Shown in pieces: positions 60,156 to 64,000 of a stretch of DNA of 64,000 bases (positions are counted from its first letter, which is position 1; each line of letters begins with the position of its first letter). The position numbers and the translations under genes are program-made. Location of the stretch: positions 1 to 64,000 of the IMG/VR virus record IMGVR_UViG_3300033146_001182; one strand, written 5' to 3'. This DNA comes from a virus. Under the pieces are notes generated by a model. The model made no database searches. It was not told the origin of the DNA and saw only the letters and a list, made by a program, of their open reading frames with translations.

Positions 60156-60699
60156 TATTTCTTTCCTCCTTTTCTCTTATGCAATAATCTATTATTTTGT
60201 CTAACCGTTCTTCCGTGATAGGCATAGATGTTTTATATCTAACCTCTTTTACTTTTCTAAATATTCTTTTACATAAATCTCTATCAAAATCTGATTGTAT
60301 TTCTTCACCTTCTTTAATACCAACCGTTCTTTTTGCAGCTTTACCTAACGATTTCAATGTTTTATCTAATACAGTATTTCTTTCTTTCTTACCAATACGT
60401 TTCGTTGTCTTTTTTCCTGTATCAACATTTTTAGTAGTAACCGACCCTGTAATTTCAATACGAGCAGAAGGTCCGTCCTCAAATACCTTTTTAATCCGTT
60501 TATATTTAATTCTTGTAGTGGAATCCATTTCCATATACGTCTTAAATAGTTGTGATTTGAACCCACCACCTTTTTCCAATTTTGTTATGAATTCATCAAA
60601 TCTTTTATTGTCAGTTAAAAGGTCTTCCCTCATAGCTTCCAATAAAAAAATCATAACAATATCAGCATATTCTTCTGGATCAACAAGTATTTGACTCAT
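60148..60699 (-). CDS. hypothetical protein
   Basis: Coupled ORF. Confidence 0.6.
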   Translation of the reverse strand: MSQILVDPEEYADIVMIFLLEAMREDLLTDNKRFDEFITKLEKGGGFKSQLFKTYMEMDSTTRIKYKRIKKVFEDGPSARIEITGSVTTKNVDTGKKTTKRIGKKERNTVLDKTLKSLGKAAKRTVGIKEGEEIQSDFDRDLCKRIFRKVKEVRYKTSMPITEERLDKIIDYCIREKEERNNG

Positions 60700-60962
60700 A
60701 TAATCAGTCTCACAGTATCATGTTTTTTTAATTGTTTATTCATTCTCTTAAATGATAATTTAGTTTTTGCTGGTTCTCTATAATAAACTGTTCTAAGATC
60801 ACCCAAAGGTCTTTTTGCTATATGTCTAAGAAAATCATCAAACTCTTCTGTATATATAACCTCTTTATCTTCCAATAATAATGCTTTATTTTCCTGTGTA
60901 ATTTTAATCAAATACAACATTATTGTTTCGTGAAATTCGTCTCTTGTTAAATTAAGATTCAT
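60696..60962 (-). CDS. hypothetical protein
   Basis: Coupled ORF (ATGA overlaps). Confidence 0.55.
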   Translation of the reverse strand: MNLNLTRDEFHETIMLYLIKITQENKALLLEDKEVIYTEEFDDFLRHIAKRPLGDLRTVYYREPAKTKLSFKRMNKQLKKHDTVRLII

Positions 60963-61486
60963 AAACTTTTAATATCCTCTGGTGAGATTGTATTCAAAAA
61001 CTCTTCCATATCAAATAAATGACATATAGGTAATTCATATTGATTACCCCATGACATAGTAATTGATGGTATATGTTGTAATTTTTGTTTTAATACACCT
61101 TTTAGTTCAGAAATACCAATAAGTGCATTATATTGTTTTTTCTTATATATTAACATAGGCAACTTATCTGCCCTATTTGCATCATTTACACATTGTTCCC
61201 AAAATAGTCTTATCTCGTCATTCTTTACACCTTTTAAGTGTTTATGAAAATTACTATTTGGATAACCATTCTTTGCTTCTATACTAAACTTATCTGTTAA
61301 AAATGCACCTTCTGGTCTAAATGCCATAATATCACCAGAAAGTTCTTTATTTTCTTCTGATATAGTAGCAATTGCTCCACTCCCAGGCATTCTCCACCAA
61401 ACATAAGGTTTTTCTTTACCTGTCAACCATTTTGTAAGTGTTTTGGCAATTTCTCGTTCCCAATTACTTCCTTTCCCTGACTTCAT
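60959..61486 (-). CDS. Holliday junction resolvase-like PD-(D/E)xK nuclease
   Basis: KGSNWEREIA...SGA...GDI...SIEAK; start revised to MKSGKG. Confidence 0.8.
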   Translation of the reverse strand: MKSGKGSNWEREIAKTLTKWLTGKEKPYVWWRMPGSGAIATISEENKELSGDIMAFRPEGAFLTDKFSIEAKNGYPNSNFHKHLKGVKNDEIRLFWEQCVNDANRADKLPMLIYKKKQYNALIGISELKGVLKQKLQHIPSITMSWGNQYELPICHLFDMEEFLNTISPEDIKSL

Positions 61487-61620
61487 TATCATCATCCACA
61501 ATAAACAAATTCTTTTCTTCTTCAAAAAAGTCTACTGATTTATTTTTTTCCTTCACGGATTTAGTTTCCCATTCATATGTTCCTTGATATGTTCCTTGAT
61601 TATTGGTTGTCCACCACATA

Positions 61621-62151
61621 TCACCGTTCAATTACACCTTCCACTGATTCCAAAATTATGATGGCATTTTCTTCATCAAAACTTTCACCAGATTCATATA
61701 AAATATCATTTGCAATATCTTGTATTGTATAATTCTTATTAAAATGATCCTTAAATCCTTGAATGTTAACAGGAATATATTTATCCTTTTCCTTTAATCC
61801 TCTTATACCTGTATTTAGAAGTTTATATGCCCAATCAAAAAGAATATCTTTAACTTTTTTAGTCATCTGTTTAATATTAACAGAATAACCTTTATTGTCA
61901 TATCGTCTAACTCTAATCCACCCTTTATTTACAACATCTTTTATGATCTCTTCACGAGCTTTACCTTCAATACCAAGTGGTTCATTATACTTATCATAAA
62001 TCTCTTTAATTTTATCTTCTGTATATCCAAACTTTTTGGGATTACTAATGATTAATTGAATATGATTAGTTCCTACCTCAACAACTTCACCATATGGAGA
62101 AATCCAATATGCCTGTGAATTAGCTTCTTGTAGATATGTTTGATATTTCAT
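61621..62151 (-). CDS. late hypothetical protein (possible internal head protein)
   Basis: MKYQTYLQEA; YWISPYG...H...GWIRVR. Confidence 0.65.
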   Translation of the reverse strand: MKYQTYLQEANSQAYWISPYGEVVEVGTNHIQLIISNPKKFGYTEDKIKEIYDKYNEPLGIEGKAREEIIKDVVNKGWIRVRRYDNKGYSVNIKQMTKKVKDILFDWAYKLLNTGIRGLKEKDKYIPVNIQGFKDHFNKNYTIQDIANDILYESGESFDEENAIIILESVEGVIER

Positions 62152-62218
62152 CTGTTCTCCTTATAGTAATAGGGTTTAACTAATATAATACATTATTAAT
62201 ATTGAAATGTAAATAAAA

Positions 62219-62256
62219 AATAAGGTTCATCAGTATTTATACCAATGAACCTTATT
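62219..62256 (-). terminator. terminator after gene 32 with late promoter TATAAATA (62234-62241) in its loop
   Basis: AATAAGGTTCAT...ATGAACCTTATT. Confidence 0.75.
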
Positions 62257-62281
62257 AATTTATCTATCTAAAAGAAGACTA

Positions 62282-63253
62282 TTACAAGTCTTGAAGTTCA
62301 GCCAACAAAGCATCAGTATTATCTTCACTTTCCTCAGTTTGTAATACTGTTTGAGTTGGTTCATTTGTTGCATCCTCAGATGGTTGTACAACAGTAGTAT
62401 TTTCCTGAACTGGTTCGGATTGTTGAGTTGTTGGTGCTGGTGTTGACCCACCAGAACGCCATACTTTTTCAAATTGATGTCCAACATCATCCCACATCAT
62501 TTCAGTTTTAAGAAGTTTTTCATGTTCATCAACAGACAATTTCAAACTCTTAATATATTCATCAAGATTATATCGTTCAGACATGATTTTTTCAATCTCT
62601 TCTTCGGTATCAGCCAATGGTGATGAACGTCTTGAAAACATTGTATCCCCATAATCTGGCCATACTTTACCATTTTTATCTTGTGGTTTAGCTTTAATTT
62701 TAAGAATGAAATCATATCCATCTTCTGGATCAAAAATTGCCATACCGTAACCTTGTTCGGTATCAGTAATCTCATTTTTGATTTTTGATTCTACTGTGGC
62801 AGGAAACTCATACAATCTAACTTTACCAGTTACTTTGTATTTGTCATCTTTAATTTCGGCATCACGAGGATCTTCAACAATATAAACATTTGAAACATAG
62901 CGTTCTTTACGTTTATATTCACCAGCCTTACGTTTGTCTGATTCATTACCTTGATACAACATTTTGGTTGCTTCACACCAAGGACAGAATTTATCCATAC
63001 CATGAGTTTTTTCACACAAGAAATACTTAAAAGTTTCTCCTGATTTGAAACCATGATACATATACTTTTTATAGAAACCATTTTCAATATCAGGCAACAA
63101 ACGAACTTTATATTCTTTTGCCTTATCTACTGTTCCCATTTTAGGGTTTTTCCATTTATTATAAAAACCCCCAACTTCTTGTTCCTGTTCTGCTTCTTTG
63201 GTCTTTTCATTCGCAAACATCTCATACGAATCTTTCTTTAGCCATTTTGACAT
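62282..63253 (-). CDS. 32: single-stranded DNA-binding protein (T4 gp32-like)
   Basis: VRLLP, HGF...C...CPWC, KRKERYVSNVYIVEDP, FDP..GYDF, acidic tail. Confidence 0.9.
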   Translation of the reverse strand: MSKWLKKDSYEMFANEKTKEAEQEQEVGGFYNKWKNPKMGTVDKAKEYKVRLLPDIENGFYKKYMYHGFKSGETFKYFLCEKTHGMDKFCPWCEATKMLYQGNESDKRKAGEYKRKERYVSNVYIVEDPRDAEIKDDKYKVTGKVRLYEFPATVESKIKNEITDTEQGYGMAIFDPEDGYDFILKIKAKPQDKNGKVWPDYGDTMFSRRSSPLADTEEEIEKIMSERYNLDEYIKSLKLSVDEHEKLLKTEMMWDDVGHQFEKVWRSGGSTPAPTTQQSEPVQENTTVVQPSEDATNEPTQTVLQTEESEDNTDALLAELQDL

Positions 63254-63376
63254 AATTTACTTCTCCCTTTACTGTTATTTGATTTTATTACTGTGATCAA
63301 ACTCTCTACTGAATTCACTGTAATACTGTTATTATACTGTATTTTATCTTAAATGTAAATCTATGTTATATATTTT

Positions 63377-63754
63377 TTAGTGTAATATTTCCCATTGAAA
63401 TTGTAAATCCAACTCTGGTAATGAACTAATTTTATCACTTTTAACTATATTAGAATATGTTGATTCATGTCCTTCTCCATCACTTGCAGTCACAGCAAAC
63501 CAATGTTCTTCATCATCAGGTAAATTGGCAATCTCAAAATTAAGAACATTCCCTGCAACAACGCTATTTTTGAATGGTGGAGTGGGTTGATTATCCCAAT
63601 ATAAAGTATATGACACCACACTAGAAGTAGGACTAGGGTCCCAACTTAATTTAACATCTTTGGCATTTACTGCCGTAACCATTAAAATAACTAATAGAAA
63701 CGGCAGTAATCTTTTCACCCAACTCTTGATCTTGAACCTTAAATTGTTGACCAA
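63377..63754 (-). CDS. fibronectin type III domain protein with signal peptide
   Basis: LSWDPS...YTLYW...WFAVTASD..GHES..SN. Confidence 0.7.
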   Translation of the reverse strand: MVNNLRFKIKSWVKRLLPFLLVILMVTAVNAKDVKLSWDPSPTSSVVSYTLYWDNQPTPPFKNSVVAGNVLNFEIANLPDDEEHWFAVTASDGEGHESTYSNIVKSDKISSLPELDLQFQWEILH

Positions 63755-63924
63755 GTAATTGTAAAATCGAGAGCGGGTGCGGTAAAATTTTCCTCTAAAA
63801 TAAAAAAACGACCCGATTCAATATCCAAATTATCATCTTTATAATAAGTCAATTCTAATTTATGTAATCCACCATACAACTCATCTGTCAAATAATTGAA
63901 ATCTGGTTGATCAATATCAGTCAT
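63739..63924 (-). CDS. hypothetical protein; may extend beyond window
   Basis: ORF near window edge. Confidence 0.4.
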   Translation of the reverse strand: MTDIDQPDFNYLTDELYGGLHKLELTYYKDDNLDIESGRFFILEENFTAPALDFTITWSTI

Positions 63925-64000
63925 TACCTTTACATCATTATCATAAAGGTTAAACTTGATGTCTGTTAAATCATCTGAAGTATTAATTAAAACTCGTATT

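Noticed and set aside
1-64000. Alternative genetic code (stop-codon reassignment)
   Set aside because: Core genes translate full-length with the standard code, and TAA, TAG and TGA all occur as stops.

Overview
This is a 64-kb, very AT-rich, gene-dense segment of a large lytic T4-like (myovirus-type) dsDNA phage. The host is Gram-negative, judging by the spanin pair and lpxC. The window holds a T4-type replication/recombination set (gp43 polymerase, gp41 helicase, gp61 primase, gp45 clamp, gp44/62 loader, gp32, RNase H, UvsW, UvsY, resolvase), nucleotide metabolism genes (class II RNR, dUTPase, thioredoxin, 5'-nucleotidase), a tail-fibre/adhesin cluster, a holin-spanin cassette and many accessory genes (lpxC, RimK-like ligase, ClpP, phosphatases, Dam-type MTase, HU). 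The best candidate for an undescribed system is a compact phage-encoded ubiquitin-like conjugation cassette at 42085-45170: a Ubl ending in Gly, a coiled-coil+E2-like protein, a ThiF/E1 and a JAB/JAMM peptidase. Each gene has its own consensus sigma70 promoter, and three share an ATCTGATAAC leader motif. Other notable signals are ~18 proteins with a T4-like capsid-targeting N-terminus (several behind TATAAATA late promoters), a repeated early-promoter leader, RBS-sequestering hairpins, an ORF-less transcription unit with a palindromic promoter, and a probable CTG start for the polymerase. No tRNA, rRNA, CRISPR array or IS element was recognised. All product calls come from motif recognition by eye; no database search was run.
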